NCBI GenBank assembly: GCA_021850545.1
Contig: JAJZLU010000035.1
Location: forward strand, 114,557-178,556
DNA: 64,000 nt
From: Thermoplasmata archaeon
Lineage (GTDB): Archaea > Thermoplasmatota > Thermoplasmata > Thermoplasmatales > Thermoplasmataceae
Direction: 5' to 3'
The position numbers and the translations under genes were made by a program. Shown here one piece after another: positions 17,515 through 32,779 of this stretch; within the stretch, counting starts at the first letter, position 1, and each line of letters opens with the position of its first letter. Under the pieces are notes generated by a model, which did not search any database, was not told the DNA's origin, and was given only the letters and a program-made list of their open reading frames with translations.

Positions 17515-18531
17515 TCATAGCATCCTCAACACAACAAATTTGGCAGAAACGTGCCATAGGTGTGGGCCATATGACTTCACAATGTTCTGGCCTAGGAAAT
17601 CCAGAGCGTACCCAAGATGCCGGGCACTTTCCATGATGCGATACCAGTGGGAATTTATTGAATTTGTGTCGCATAAAAGGTGCATATTGATGACTGTACC
17701 CATGTGGCTAATCCTCAATGCGGTTGATAGAAAATTAGGTGAGTCGAAGTGCCCCATTAGGATATAATCTGCCTTGATGCCCATTGTTGTAGACCTGCAG
17801 TCTCCTGGTAGAAGGGTTATCCTATCTTCCATTTTGTTTTTCCTTACATTGTGCATCAGAAAACTGAATGATATGGGGTTCAGTTCGCAGGCATATATTT
17901 TTGCCAGAGGGGAACCCTTTGCAATCTGAAGTGTGAAGTACCCTATTCCCGCAAACATGTCGACCACTGCCATTCCATTGAACTCTCCCCTTGATTCACC
18001 AACCCTGGAGTTTACATTTCCCGGGGAAAACATCACCTTAGTTGGATCGAATGTGTAGAGAACTCCGTTTTCCTCGTGTGTAAGCTCACCCTCCTTCCCC
18101 CAAATGAGTGTTGCATCTGGCTCCCTGAGTGGTGACTCGCTTATTCCTCTATCTAGGTATATGGCACTTGCATGAAATTCTCTGGCTGCCATCAAGAACA
18201 CCTTTTTTGGAAATCTTGGCAGCCTGCCTTCCTTAATGAAAAGAGAATTTCCCAGCTTGGTGTATTTCTCGGGAAACCGATCCTTGATCCCCATTTCGCC
18301 AAGTTTTAAATTAATACTTTCAACCGGAGAAATCGGGAGATCACGCTCCTGGAATTCAAGCACCAGCATTGTTGTGCCTTTTAAGTCAGTCCCTTCCCTG
18401 ACAGGTATGTAAACATATTCCCCATCATCCCTGATTTTTAGATCTTTCCTTACCAGATCCTTCTTCAGGAGGTATGAAAGGATTTTGTTTGCACTGCCCT
18501 TGGGAACAGACAGGCATTGGCAGAGCACCAT
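17515..18531 (-). CDS. trm5: tRNA (guanine37-N1)-methyltransferase Trm5 / Taw2 family (Met-10+ like)
   Basis: VVDMFAGIGYFTL SAM-binding motif, ELNP motif, 338 aa. I cannot distinguish Trm5 from Taw2 by eye. Confidence 0.7.
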   Translation of the reverse strand: MVLCQCLSVPKGSANKILSYLLKKDLVRKDLKIRDDGEYVYIPVREGTDLKGTTMLVLEFQERDLPISPVESINLKLGEMGIKDRFPEKYTKLGNSLFIKEGRLPRFPKKVFLMAAREFHASAIYLDRGISESPLREPDATLIWGKEGELTHEENGVLYTFDPTKVMFSPGNVNSRVGESRGEFNGMAVVDMFAGIGYFTLQIAKGSPLAKIYACELNPISFSFLMHNVRKNKMEDRITLLPGDCRSTTMGIKADYILMGHFDSPNFLSTALRISHMGTVINMHLLCDTNSINSHWYRIMESARHLGYALDFLGQNIVKSYGPHLWHVSAKFVVLRML

Positions 18532-18587
18532 GTTATTGAAGAACCTCCATAGGTTATCCTTTTTATCAATATAGCAATGGGGTATTT

Positions 18588-19487
18588 ATGCCAGCAATCC
18601 GCATTGGCACACGGCCAAGCAAATTAGCAATGAAACAGGCCGAAATGGTTTCTTCCCTGCTTGAGGGACACGGATTTGAAACCGCTATTGTTCCGCTGAG
18701 TTCTTCAGGGGATGTGGACAATAAAACACCTTTATATGAATCAAAGGGAACTGGCATTTTTGTTGAGGAGATAAACAGGGCCGTCCTGGAAAATGAAGTT
18801 GACCTGGCAGTACACAGTGCCAAAGATTTGCCTTCGATTCTGCCTGATGGGTTGGATGTGCTTGCAGTTCTCCAAAGGGAGGACCCATCGGATGTGCTCA
18901 TATCAAGAGAACCCTTGATGAAACTCCCATCCGGCTCAGTTATCGGGACCTCCAGCATGCGAAGGATCAGGGAACTTCTCATGGTCAGGGGAGATTTGAA
19001 GACAGCCAATATCAGAGGAAACCTGGACACACGGTTAAGAAAGTTGTCAGGTGGAGAGTATGATGGAATTATTGTTGCGAAAGCCGGCCTGATTAGGTTG
19101 TCACTCGATGTGGAAGCCCATGGGCTTGGAATGGATGATTTTCTGCCTGCCCCTAACCAGGGAATAATTGCAGTAGTAGGCAGAATTGGAACCGGAATGG
19201 AGGAAGCGGTACAGAAAATAAACCATGATGAGACAATGGAAATATACCGGATTGAAAGGCATATCGTGAGATCGTTGAACCTTGGCTGCTCCATGCCTGC
19301 GGGCATCCTTTGCACCAAAACTGTTTCAGGTTACAGCGTCAAATGCAGGTTCTATTCAAATTTCATCAGGGAATTCAAGGAATTCAAACTAATCTTCTAC
19401 AATATGGGTGACCTTGATGAACTGATTTCAAGAATAATAGATAAGGTCCCCGCATCCTATGGGTATAATTTCAGGAAAAACCATTGA
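18588..19487 (+). CDS. hemC: Hydroxymethylbilane synthase (porphobilinogen deaminase)
   Basis: IRIGTRPSKLAMKQAE N-terminus, RGNLDTRLRKL motif, 299 aa. Confidence 0.9.
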   Translation: MPAIRIGTRPSKLAMKQAEMVSSLLEGHGFETAIVPLSSSGDVDNKTPLYESKGTGIFVEEINRAVLENEVDLAVHSAKDLPSILPDGLDVLAVLQREDPSDVLISREPLMKLPSGSVIGTSSMRRIRELLMVRGDLKTANIRGNLDTRLRKLSGGEYDGIIVAKAGLIRLSLDVEAHGLGMDDFLPAPNQGIIAVVGRIGTGMEEAVQKINHDETMEIYRIERHIVRSLNLGCSMPAGILCTKTVSGYSVKCRFYSNFIREFKEFKLIFYNMGDLDELISRIIDKVPASYGYNFRKNH

Positions 19488-19488
19488 A

Positions 19489-20220
19489 ATGAAGCAAAAA
19501 ATAATAACAACCAGGCCAGAGGGGAAACCCGTTGACAACATTGTGGGAGTGTGTTTTGAGATCATAAACATCCCTGTAACTAAGATTGTTCCCAAGAGAG
19601 AAATTGAAACTGGAAGAATCGAGGAATTTGGCCCAACAGTAGGGGTATTCACCAGCAGCAGAGGTGCTGAGATTTTTCTTTCCCTTTTTCCTGAGAATCA
19701 CTTGCCTGGCATGAAAGCAGTTGCAATTGGGGAGAAAACAGCTGAGGTGCTCTCAGACAAATATGATGCAGTACTGGTTCCTGAAGAGAAAACTTCTATT
19801 GGGGTGAATATCCTTCTCGATGACATTATTACGGAGAAAGATAGGATTGCCCTTTTCTCCAGCGCGAAATCAAATGGAATTATCTTGAAACATCTGCAGG
19901 AAAAAAAATGGCCGCATTTGCTGGTGGAGCTCTATGATGCAGAACCAATAGACATAGAACCTTTGCTCCGGGAATTTTCAAAGAGCGATTGCTTTGGCAT
20001 CCTGGTAACCTCGTCAATGGAAGCTGATGCAATTTTCAATGAAAGGAACGGCAAGTGCCTGCCAGTCCAAGGATTATTCGGAAAACATATTTTTGCCATC
20101 GGAAAAACCACTGCTGAGACTCTCCATAGCATTGGGGTCCCGGTCTCATCGCCCATAGGCGCTTCAAGAATCGAGGGGCTGCTTAAGGATATTGAATTGG
20201 AGTATTGCTCACAAAAATAG
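19489..20220 (+). CDS. hemD: Uroporphyrinogen-III synthase
   Basis: HEM4-like two-lobe pattern (VGVFTSSRGAEIF, VAIGEKTAEVL, FAIGKTTAETL) directly after hemC. ATG 19489 follows the hemC stop; the track start is 19459. Confidence 0.7.
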   Translation: MKQKIITTRPEGKPVDNIVGVCFEIINIPVTKIVPKREIETGRIEEFGPTVGVFTSSRGAEIFLSLFPENHLPGMKAVAIGEKTAEVLSDKYDAVLVPEEKTSIGVNILLDDIITEKDRIALFSSAKSNGIILKHLQEKKWPHLLVELYDAEPIDIEPLLREFSKSDCFGILVTSSMEADAIFNERNGKCLPVQGLFGKHIFAIGKTTAETLHSIGVPVSSPIGASRIEGLLKDIELEYCSQK

Positions 20221-20292
20221 CGGGGAATGGATTTGAACCATTGATCTACGGGTTATGAGCCCGTCGGGATCTCCTAACTACCCCACCCCGCT
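20218..20292 (-). tRNA. Initiator tRNA-Met (anticodon CAT)
   Basis: Reverse complement: AGCGGGGTGGGGTAGTTAGGAGATCCCGACGGGCTCATAACCCGTAGATCAATGGTTCAAATCCATTCCCCGCTA. It has an A1:U72 pair, GGG/CCC in the anticodon stem, a CTCATAA loop and a GGTTCAAATCC T-arm. No CCA is encoded. Confidence 0.85.
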
Positions 20293-20314
20293 TCGCTCCA
20301 TTATTGTGCCAGCC

Positions 20315-20323
20315 GATATAATA
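20315..20323 (-). promoter_or_regulatory. TATA-box-like element for tRNAi-Met
   Basis: TATTATATC on the minus strand, centred about 26 nt upstream of tRNA position 1. Confidence 0.45.
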
Positions 20324-20339
20324 CTTCGCGATAAAGAGA

Positions 20340-20906
20340 TTATCCAAAGGTTTCCTCAATGCGCTTCAGCCTGAGTTCCCTGGCACTCTTCTCAAGGTAT
20401 GTGTATACTGTTCTCTGCTTGCTGCCATTTATGAGCATGTTGATTGCTTCCTTTGCATACTCTATTGCAACGTAGTCCCCAATTATGGAAACGGTGTCCC
20501 CATATATTGTGATATGAGTTGAGGTAAGTTCTTCAACAACCTTCCTGGTCTTCCCTCCAGTTCCAATCAGCCTTGCCCGGATCTGTTCTATCCTGCGGGA
20601 GCTTGGCTTGGCGAAGTCCCTCAGTGATATAACGACCAGCTGGTAGTTCTCCTCATAAAGCAAGGTGGCATTGAGGGGGCTGAAACCTCGTCCAATGGCC
20701 TGAATGACGCTTGCAGTGATATTCGCCTTCAGGGGATCACCCTTTTGAAGGATAGTCACATCACCGGTGTCTGATTCAATGGATAGTTTCACTTCACCAA
20801 TTGCTTCTATCTGTTTCTTGGATTCTCCATCCTTCCCTATTATCACAGCAATTCGTTCCCTTGGAACTCTTACCTGGAAGAAATGTTCTTCTGATGCCCC
20901 TGCCAT
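20340..20906 (-). CDS. KH-domain RNA-binding protein (archaeal Dim2/Pno1-like)
   Basis: Two KH GxxG motifs (IIGKDGESKK, LIGTGGKTRK). Conserved aIF1A-Rio1-KH context. Confidence 0.8.
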   Translation of the reverse strand: MAGASEEHFFQVRVPRERIAVIIGKDGESKKQIEAIGEVKLSIESDTGDVTILQKGDPLKANITASVIQAIGRGFSPLNATLLYEENYQLVVISLRDFAKPSSRRIEQIRARLIGTGGKTRKVVEELTSTHITIYGDTVSIIGDYVAIEYAKEAINMLINGSKQRTVYTYLEKSARELRLKRIEETFG

Positions 20907-20946
20907 TATCCCCTCACCTTTCCATTAACAGCCATATCTAATAAAT

Positions 20947-21717
20947 TTATTCAGCGGGAGGCTTACCCCTTACCCTTTCTAGCAATTCCTCATAAGTGCA
21001 TTTGACGCCTTTGGAGGAGAAGAATCTCACTACGTTCCGGATATCACGTTCTAGGAAGTAGTCTGCCGCGGGATGGTCCCTTGCCACAGCCTGCCCAAGG
21101 TCCACAAAGTATGCTTTTCCCCTGTGGTAGAGAAGATTGTATTCACTCATATCCGCGTGTACAAGTTTCGCCTTTTGGTACATTGTTTCCAGGTTCTCAA
21201 CGACCTGATCATAAATCACTTTGAAGTCGACCTTGACGTTCTTTATCATTGGGGCCGGGGCAATTTTTGTCCCGACGTAGGACATCATAAGAAGGTTCTT
21301 GTGAAATGCAATAGGTTGTGGACACGGTATGCCATATTTTTTAAGCAGCTTTAGATTCGTAAACTCCTTCTTGGCCCAGATATTCACGATGTTGGAACGG
21401 TCGATCCTTTCCCTAGAAAATCGGTAATCGCCCTCAATATACTTCCATATATTGGCAAACCTGAGCGTCGATAGCTTGTATACCTTGATCACTACGGGCT
21501 TTCCCTTGCTGAAGGCCTTGAATACCACAGACTCCTTGCCGGAGGAAATGGGGAAATCGATGTAATCAATGGATTTCCTCCCCATCAGTTCATAAAGCGC
21601 CTTTAGAGTCCTGCCGTCAAAAACAAGGTCAGCGGTCTTCCTGTCCAGATTGATGTGGTAAAGGAATTCCCTTGATTTCAGAAGAGATTCCAGTGCTGAC
21701 AGTTCGTTTTCAGGCAT
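20947..21717 (-). CDS. rio1: RIO1-type serine/threonine protein kinase
   Basis: ISSGKESVVFKA ATP-binding loop and LVHADMSEYNLL catalytic loop. 256 aa. Confidence 0.9.
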   Translation of the reverse strand: MPENELSALESLLKSREFLYHINLDRKTADLVFDGRTLKALYELMGRKSIDYIDFPISSGKESVVFKAFSKGKPVVIKVYKLSTLRFANIWKYIEGDYRFSRERIDRSNIVNIWAKKEFTNLKLLKKYGIPCPQPIAFHKNLLMMSYVGTKIAPAPMIKNVKVDFKVIYDQVVENLETMYQKAKLVHADMSEYNLLYHRGKAYFVDLGQAVARDHPAADYFLERDIRNVVRFFSSKGVKCTYEELLERVRGKPPAE

Positions 21718-21719
21718 AT

Positions 21720-22055
21720 TTACTTGAATATATTGATGACGTCTGGAAGAAGATTGCTTCTGCTCAAATAGTTGGCCTGAGTCTGCGTATACCTGTAAAC
21801 CACATCAGCCTTCTCATTCTGGAATGGCCACGGTTTTACAATAACCAGATCGTTCTCCCTGATCCACATCCTTTTCTTCATTTTGCCAGGTATTCTGCAG
21901 CTCCTGGTAAAGCCATCCTCACACATGACATTGAGCCTGGAAGCGCCCGCTAGCTTCTCAACTATTCCGAACATTTCCCCCTTCCTCTTATTGGGGAGTA
22001 TAACCCTAACAGTTTCCACCTGATCAGGGTTCTGAGCACTATTTTCAGGTTCCAT
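21720..22055 (-). CDS. eif1a: Translation initiation factor 1A (aIF-1A)
   Basis: S1-like OB fold sequence GEMFGIVEKLAGASRLNVMCEDG...RIPGKMKKRMWIRENDLVIV. Confidence 0.9.
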   Translation of the reverse strand: MEPENSAQNPDQVETVRVILPNKRKGEMFGIVEKLAGASRLNVMCEDGFTRSCRIPGKMKKRMWIRENDLVIVKPWPFQNEKADVVYRYTQTQANYLSRSNLLPDVINIFK

Positions 22056-22150
22056 ATTAGAATGGCAGTATCTGAACCATCAATATAAATATAGCCTAAA
22101 ATGGGAAATAATTGAAATTTTAAAAAAAATAAGAAAAAAAGGTATTTGGT

Positions 22151-22336
22151 TTAGGCTTCGCGCTTAAGCTGATAGGTTGTGATGAGTGCCATCACACCGA
22201 TAGCAAGGATAAGCGCCCATAGTACACCAATTGTGTGGAAGGTTCCCCCACCAGTCAGTATATCGTAGGTTAGGAGTGCCAATCCAATCAGTGCAACGAT
22301 TCCTGAAATTATAATTCCAATGTCTATTCGTTCCAT
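22151..22336 (-). CDS. Small two-TM membrane protein
   Basis: MERIDIG start at 22336 preceded by GGAGGTGA with 5-nt spacing. Two hydrophobic helices. Sits 40 nt downstream of the APC permease. Confidence 0.55.
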   Translation of the reverse strand: MERIDIGIIISGIVALIGLALLTYDILTGGGTFHTIGVLWALILAIGVMALITTYQLKREA

Positions 22337-22375
22337 AATTTCACCTCCAGTAGGTTGGAGCATGGAAGCTCCTGC

Positions 22376-24121
22376 CTACGGTGCCTCCTGAACGCCTTCC
22401 TTGCCAAATTCATCAGGAATAACATACTGAGTATCAGATTCAATCATTGTTTTGATCTCCTCAGTTTTGATTCCGCTGAATACTGACCAGAAGTAGAAGA
22501 CTATTGCAACCACTATGACCATTATAAGGTCATAAGGATATGGCACAATGTTTGCCCCTCCAAGCGTGCTTTCACCAATGTACGACTCAAGGGAAAGCAC
22601 TGCAACATAAACAGGCACCCACATGCCGGATATCAAGTGCTCCCTGCTGAATAGAGAAACCATGCCTCCTGCTTTTCCTCCGCCAAGGTAGAATATTGCA
22701 TAAACTACCAGGCCAAGTGCGATTGCAATTGCAAGGTACCCTACGGTCGGCCACTCTGACCAGTAAACCACAAGGGAAGCCCCTATGAATCCCAAGGGTG
22801 ACAGGATTGCTGAACCTGGCAGCTTGAATGGCCTCTTGAGTTCCGGTGCGTGTTTCCTGAGTACCCTAAGAGCTGGACCCCCTACAATATATGTGAATAC
22901 TGTGGCGCCGGTAATGAAACCAACCAGCTTGTACCAGCTTGGGAATGGCGCGAAGAATACGAACCCAAGGAGAAGGCTCACTAGCAGCGGAAGTACGGGT
23001 ATCCTGAATCTTTCGTTGACCTTGGTAAGTGATTTGGGGAGAAATCTCAGCATACCAATGCCGAAGAGTGTCCTCATGGATGTCCCGAGATAAACGCTCA
23101 GGGTTCCGCTAGGTGATATGTATGCATCCGCGAACAGGATGTATGACAGGCCAACGAGCCCGACTGATGAAGCCAGTGTTGCAAACGGGGCGCTATATAG
23201 GGTATAGATGGCGGCAGTGGCGAATCCTCCATTGGTTGTAACGCTGGAACTGGAGATGAAGGCCGACCATGATCCGATTGGGACGCCGAGCGCGTGCCAG
23301 TTAACTGCACCGATGAATGCAATCTGCAGCAGCACATATATCGTTATTCCAATAAGCACGGAAAAGACTGTTGCGATGGGCACAGATTTCTGTGGTGTTT
23401 TGGCCTCTCCAGAGTAATCGAGCCCCTGCCTGAAACCGAGGAATGAGAACACGATGCCTGATGTTGCAACCGCGGCGAGTACAGGCGCGAACCCATATGG
23501 CATGAAACCTGTGCCCGTTGTTGCTGTTGATAGGAGTGTTGTGAAATTGGCAACGCTGAAATGCACAGATACCAGAATCAGTATTGTTGCGATTGGAAGG
23601 ATAAGTTTCCACCATGTCATTCCCGTGTTGGTCTTTCCCATCACCTTAATACCAAAGTAATTCAGGAAGAAGAAAAGCACCATCAACAGGCCAGCAAATA
23701 CGATACCTGTCGCAGAAAGAACAGGCCCTACATACAGGGACGGGTAATACGCAGCGGCATATCCCACGACGGCTTCAGCCTCAATAGCAGGCACAGATAC
23801 GGCAGAAAGGAAATATGCCCATGCAAGGAAATACCCTGCAAAGTTTCCATGTGAAAACTGCCCGTATCTCACAATAGAACCAGACCTAGGGATCATGGCT
23901 CCCAGTTCGGCGTAGTTCAAGGAAATTATGAGGACGATGATTCCCCCAATTATCCAAGAAAGTATGGACGCAGGCCCGGCTAAACCAGACGCGGCAAAGG
24001 CGGCGAAAAGCCACCCAGATCCTATAATTCCGCCCAAGCTGAGAAATAGGAGATCCCAGGTGTTCAGACTTTTTCTTAATTTCCTGTCGGAAATTCCAAC
24101 TTTAGTCGAACTTGTCTCCAT
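22376..24121 (-). CDS. Amino acid/polyamine permease (APC superfamily)
   Basis: 581 aa, about 12-14 hydrophobic segments, N-terminal LSLGGIIGSGWLF motif typical of APC transporters. Confidence 0.85.
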   Translation of the reverse strand: METSSTKVGISDRKLRKSLNTWDLLFLSLGGIIGSGWLFAAFAASGLAGPASILSWIIGGIIVLIISLNYAELGAMIPRSGSIVRYGQFSHGNFAGYFLAWAYFLSAVSVPAIEAEAVVGYAAAYYPSLYVGPVLSATGIVFAGLLMVLFFFLNYFGIKVMGKTNTGMTWWKLILPIATILILVSVHFSVANFTTLLSTATTGTGFMPYGFAPVLAAVATSGIVFSFLGFRQGLDYSGEAKTPQKSVPIATVFSVLIGITIYVLLQIAFIGAVNWHALGVPIGSWSAFISSSSVTTNGGFATAAIYTLYSAPFATLASSVGLVGLSYILFADAYISPSGTLSVYLGTSMRTLFGIGMLRFLPKSLTKVNERFRIPVLPLLVSLLLGFVFFAPFPSWYKLVGFITGATVFTYIVGGPALRVLRKHAPELKRPFKLPGSAILSPLGFIGASLVVYWSEWPTVGYLAIAIALGLVVYAIFYLGGGKAGGMVSLFSREHLISGMWVPVYVAVLSLESYIGESTLGGANIVPYPYDLIMVIVVAIVFYFWSVFSGIKTEEIKTMIESDTQYVIPDEFGKEGVQEAP

Positions 24122-24197
24122 GAGTGACTTTTACTAACACACCGTACTTAAATCTTTCCAAATCACTTATGGAGATTTTATTGAATTGCCCTGAAAT

Positions 24198-24632
24198 CTA
24201 TTGTTTTATGTTGAGGCTCTTAATATTAAAGCTTCTTGAAATTGCTTCCCTGAAGAGCTTGATGTTTCTCCCTTCCTTGCCGATAGCCTTGCCAACTTCA
24301 CTCTGCTCAACGGAAACAAGAATGTCAATCTGGCCCTCTTTCCAGTTGATGTAAATCTCCTTTACCTTAAACCTGAAGAAAACATTCCGCACATAAGTGA
24401 GGAGATCCCTGGAAAACTCTGCCACAAGGATGTGTTTGTTTACCTTGTCCTTCAGGCTCGTGATGATGTTCGGGTTCCTCTTGAATAATTCTGCCAGTTT
24501 TCTCTCACCGACTATGAAAAGGACCATATCCTCGTTTTCAAGACATTCCCTGAGTTCCACACGCCCAATCTTTTCGAAGAGGGCTATATAGCCCATTATT
24601 TTGTTATCTATTGTTACTTCCTTCATTGACAC
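24198..24632 (-). CDS. nusA: Archaeal NusA-like transcription factor (two KH domains)
   Basis: GKAIGKEGRNIKLFREAI KH motif. 144 aa. Conserved position after rpoA''. Confidence 0.85.
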   Translation of the reverse strand: MSMKEVTIDNKIMGYIALFEKIGRVELRECLENEDMVLFIVGERKLAELFKRNPNIITSLKDKVNKHILVAEFSRDLLTYVRNVFFRFKVKEIYINWKEGQIDILVSVEQSEVGKAIGKEGRNIKLFREAISRSFNIKSLNIKQ

Positions 24633-24706
24633 ACTGATCCAGGTTTTGAGAAATTGCCTATTTTAGACTCTATTAATTTGGATATAAAAAATACTTTCGT
24701 AGGCAC

Positions 24707-28898
<4,192 letters not shown>

Positions 28899-28902
<4 letters not shown>

Positions 28903-31900
28903 TTAAGATCACCCAATACTAGTCTCATCATTACACCCATTGAACTCAACTCATCCCTCATCAGCTTGAAAGCATAACTTGTTTCAACCGGATGGATATT
29001 CCCAGTGTTTCCGCATACGGGGCACCTTGGTGTCCCTTTCTTTCTGTCGAGTATTGCAATATGCCCGCACTTTGGATTTCCGCACACGTACAGAATCGTA
29101 CCATCGCTCTGGTCAAGGAGCCTGTCCTTGATAACCATTGCAGCGCCATGCGCTATGAGAGTATCCCTTTCCATTTCTCCAAACCTCAGGCCTCCCTGCC
29201 TCGATCTTCCTTCTGTTGGTTGCCTCGTAAGGATCTGGACTGGCCCTCTGGATCTTGCATGGAACTTCCCTGCTACCATGTGGTGCAGTTTCTGGTAGTA
29301 AATCACTCCCGTGAAGATGTCTGCGTCGAACTTTCTTCCAGTGACACCGTCATACATTACCTCTGTAGATGAATGCCTGAAACCAAGTTTGACAAGATCT
29401 TCCCTTAGGCTCTTTTCAGGCTCTCCGCTGAAAATGGTTCCGTCAACAAGTTCTCCCTTCTCAGCGGCAATTTTTCCGCCAATCATCTCAAGGATGTGCC
29501 CCACAGTCATTCTTGATGGAATTGCATGCGGGTTGATGATAATATCAGGAATGATTCCTTCCTCAGTGAAAGGCATGTCCTCCTGGGGAACGACTGCTCC
29601 GATGACTCCTTTCTGACCATGCCTAGAAGCGAACTTGTCTCCAAGTTCCGGGATTCTTTCGCTCCTCACCCTGATTTTCACAACTCTGCTGTTGCTTTCA
29701 GATACGGTAAGGATAACATTGTCAACGAATCCCTTCTCGTTAGGCCTCATGGTAATGGAGGATTCTCTCCTTCTCTGTGGTCCAAGCTTATCTCCGCCCT
29801 CCTCAAGGAACCTCGGCGGAGATGTCTTTCCCACAAGCACTTCTGAACCTTCCACGTACGATTCAGGATAAATGATCCCATTCTCATCCAGGTTCCTGTA
29901 GAATTCTTCGGCCCTTGCGCCCAGTACATCATGAGTTGGAATCTCGAACCTGTCTTCCTGGCCTCCGGGATACCTCCTTTCCTCAGCGCTGTATGTCCTG
30001 AAGAAAGTACTTCTTCCAAGACCCCTCTCAACTGCGGATTTGTTGAACACGATTGCATCCTGTATGTTGTATCCCTGGTAGGACATGATAGCCACAACAA
30101 AGTTCTGGCCGGCTGGTTTCTTCTCATACTTTATGAAGTCCATGATCCGAGTCTTGACCAGTGGCACCTGAGGATAGTGCAAAACATGCCCCCTGGTATC
30201 AGTCCTGATCCTGAAGTTGCTTGATGAAAGCCCGATAGACTGCTTTGTCATGGCTGCAGCCATGGTGATTCTAGGAGATGAGTTGTGCTCAGGATACGGG
30301 GTTACTGATGCCACCACTCCGAGAATCAGAGATGGATCAACTTCAAGGTGAGTATGTTCATGGGTAAGAAGGCTCTGGGCTTCCAACTTGTTGTTGCAAT
30401 GCTCACACTGCAGCAACGCAGGTGAATCCATATGCTCCTTTTCACCGGGGTTTAACCATTTGATCTTGCTTCTGTACATGTACTGGTTGCACTTTGGGCA
30501 TCTTTCGGGGAAGTCATATCCGTAAACTGAAATGTACAGGTTCTCTTCCTCCTCGGCGTCCACATATTCAAGTGCCCCTCTCTTCAGAAGATCTTCAACG
30601 CCGTATTCACCGGTCTGGAGTTTCTTGAGCATGTCGCTATTCATTACGGTGGTTCCGTTCTTCACAACAAGGAGCGGCCTCCTGATTCTTCCCCTGTCAC
30701 AGTTTATGATGACTTCCTTTGTCGAGGCATCGTATCTTACGTTCACCTCAGGAGATATCTTTCCCTTTCTCCTCTCCTCCCTGATTCTGTCAGTAAGTTC
30801 TGAAGGCTCGTCATGGTATCCGACGAAGTCTCCATTTAGATATACCCTTCCCGCGTCGGGATTTTCGCCCTCAACTTCCTGGAGATCCATTCCCTTAAGG
30901 GTTTCAAGGACAATAGTGGGGTTGTATCCCTCTGTAACGTTAATGATGAGTGCAGCATTCTTCACTAGCCCACAATTCTGGCCCTCCGGGGTCTCGTTAG
31001 GGCAGATCCTTCCCCACTGTGTCGGGTGAAGGTCTCTTGCCTCGAAGTGCGGCTGTGATCTTGTGAGTGGTGAAATGATCCTTCTCAGATGGCTCAGGGT
31101 GCTGACATTAGATACCCTGTCAAGGAGCTGGGATACGCCGGTCCTTCCCCCTATCCAGTTTCCTGTTGCCATTGCATGGAGAATTTTCTGTGAAAGGAGA
31201 TCCTGCCTTACTGCAGGTTTCAGCCGAATGCCTTTCTTCCGGTTGTAAGTCCTCTCAAGCTGGTACTTGAGGTCTTTCATAACTGCCTGGAAAGCGTTTC
31301 TGAAAAGTTCATCTAGAAGGTCTCCTGCCAGTTTTACCCTCTTGTTTGCAAGATGGTCCTTGTCATCTTCCTTCCTCATTCCAAGGTGAAGCTCCAGCAG
31401 TGATCTTGCCATCCTTCCCAGGTAGATGGCTTTCTTCATCCTGTCCTCCGGCCTGTCTCCAAGGTGAGGAAGCAGTGACCTGTCAAGCATCTGTGATACT
31501 TTCTTTTCCCTGAATTCCTTTGCCTGTCCTGCGGCGAACCTCTTCTCAAGATATGCTATAGCATCTTCGTTGTTATTGACGCCGTTTGGCGGGAAAATCT
31601 TGGGGCTCTTTGATTCTTCTATATTAGCGTAAATGATTGGCTCCATCTTTGGTGCCGAGGCTATTGAGCTGTGGACATCAACATCCCTGTCCATCCCCAA
31701 AGCCTTAAGAAGAATAACGAGGGGGATTGAGCCTGCAACGCTTGGTATTGAAACTGAAATAATTCCGTCATTGCCTCTCTCCATCGAGGTAAGCGCCCTG
31801 AATCCTGCCTTCTGTGAGAAAACTTTTGCTACTTCAACCTTGCTGTCATACTTTTCCTCGAACTCCACAAGGATCTTGTTTGGCGCAAGGTCTTCGAGAG

Positions 31901-32501
31901 ATGTTATTACCCTCTCTGATCCGCCGATGATGAAATATCCGCCGGAATCATCCGGGTCTTCGCCTACATACTGGAGCTTTTCTCTCCTGCTTGCATCAAC
32001 AGGACCGTTGTTCTTTTCAACATATACATCCAGATTGTTTCCGGTAAGTGAGCATACTTTTGACCTCACCATTACAGGCAGGTCACCGATCTTGATGTTC
32101 TCAGGTTCCTTTTCCATGCCGTCTTCAACGACCCTAACCCTGAGGGTTATTGGAGCCATGTAATTCAGGTCCCTGAGCCTTGCTTCGTTTGGAGTTATCT
32201 GGTTAGATGCTCCTGATGCCTCTTTTATTTCAGGTGAACCCACCCATATTGTGGGTTCCCCAACAAACCTGCCCTTTTCCCTTACTCTTCCGTAATAAAC
32301 CTTGATTTCCCTGCCGCCGGTCTTTGTTGGATCGAGAACCATCAATCCAGGTTCTTCCTCGTCTGAAACTTTTGTTTCGTCCACAATCTGCTGCATCACG
32401 CTTTCAGGGTTTCCAAGCGTTGCTACGAAATTGTTGTATGAATCTATCTGGTGACTTACCACACTCTCATTCTTGAAGAAATAATCGACGAGCTCCTTCA
32501 T
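28899..32501 (-). CDS. rpoB: DNA-directed RNA polymerase subunit B (unsplit)
   Basis: 1200 aa as a single ORF. SRHGQKG and GEMERD motifs, C-terminal Zn ribbon CGNPKCGH...CPVCG. Confidence 0.97.
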
Positions 32502-32770
32502 TTAAAAACCTCGCTAGATATTGCCCTGTAATATACTGAGTAACCCACTGTCGGACTCTTGCGTATGATTTTGATTATTGTGCCACTTTCCAGTGGACCG
32601 TGTATCTCCTCGAGAGCCTTAATTGCTGGATCACTCCTGCTTATTTTGGGCAAAAGGTCTCTAGCTATTCCAATCTCACTTAAAACCTTATCTTCGTCCT
32701 TCTTTGGAACAACATGGTGTTCCGGTACTAGATCGTGCTGCAGCACATTGAATTTTCCCACTTTTTTCAC
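32498..32770 (-). CDS. rpoH: DNA-directed RNA polymerase subunit H (Rpo5)
   Basis: [14 protein letters not shown] motif. 90 aa, immediately upstream of rpoB. Confidence 0.9.
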   Translation of the reverse strand: MKKVGKFNVLQHDLVPEHHVVPKKDEDKVLSEIGIARDLLPKISRSDPAIKALEEIHGPLESGTIIKIIRKSPTVGYSVYYRAISSEVFK

Positions 32771-32779
32771 TCCCCGTAA

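Noticed and set aside
18566-19318. 250-aa ORF antisense to hemC.
   Set aside because: It is a shadow ORF. hemC on the plus strand is unambiguous.
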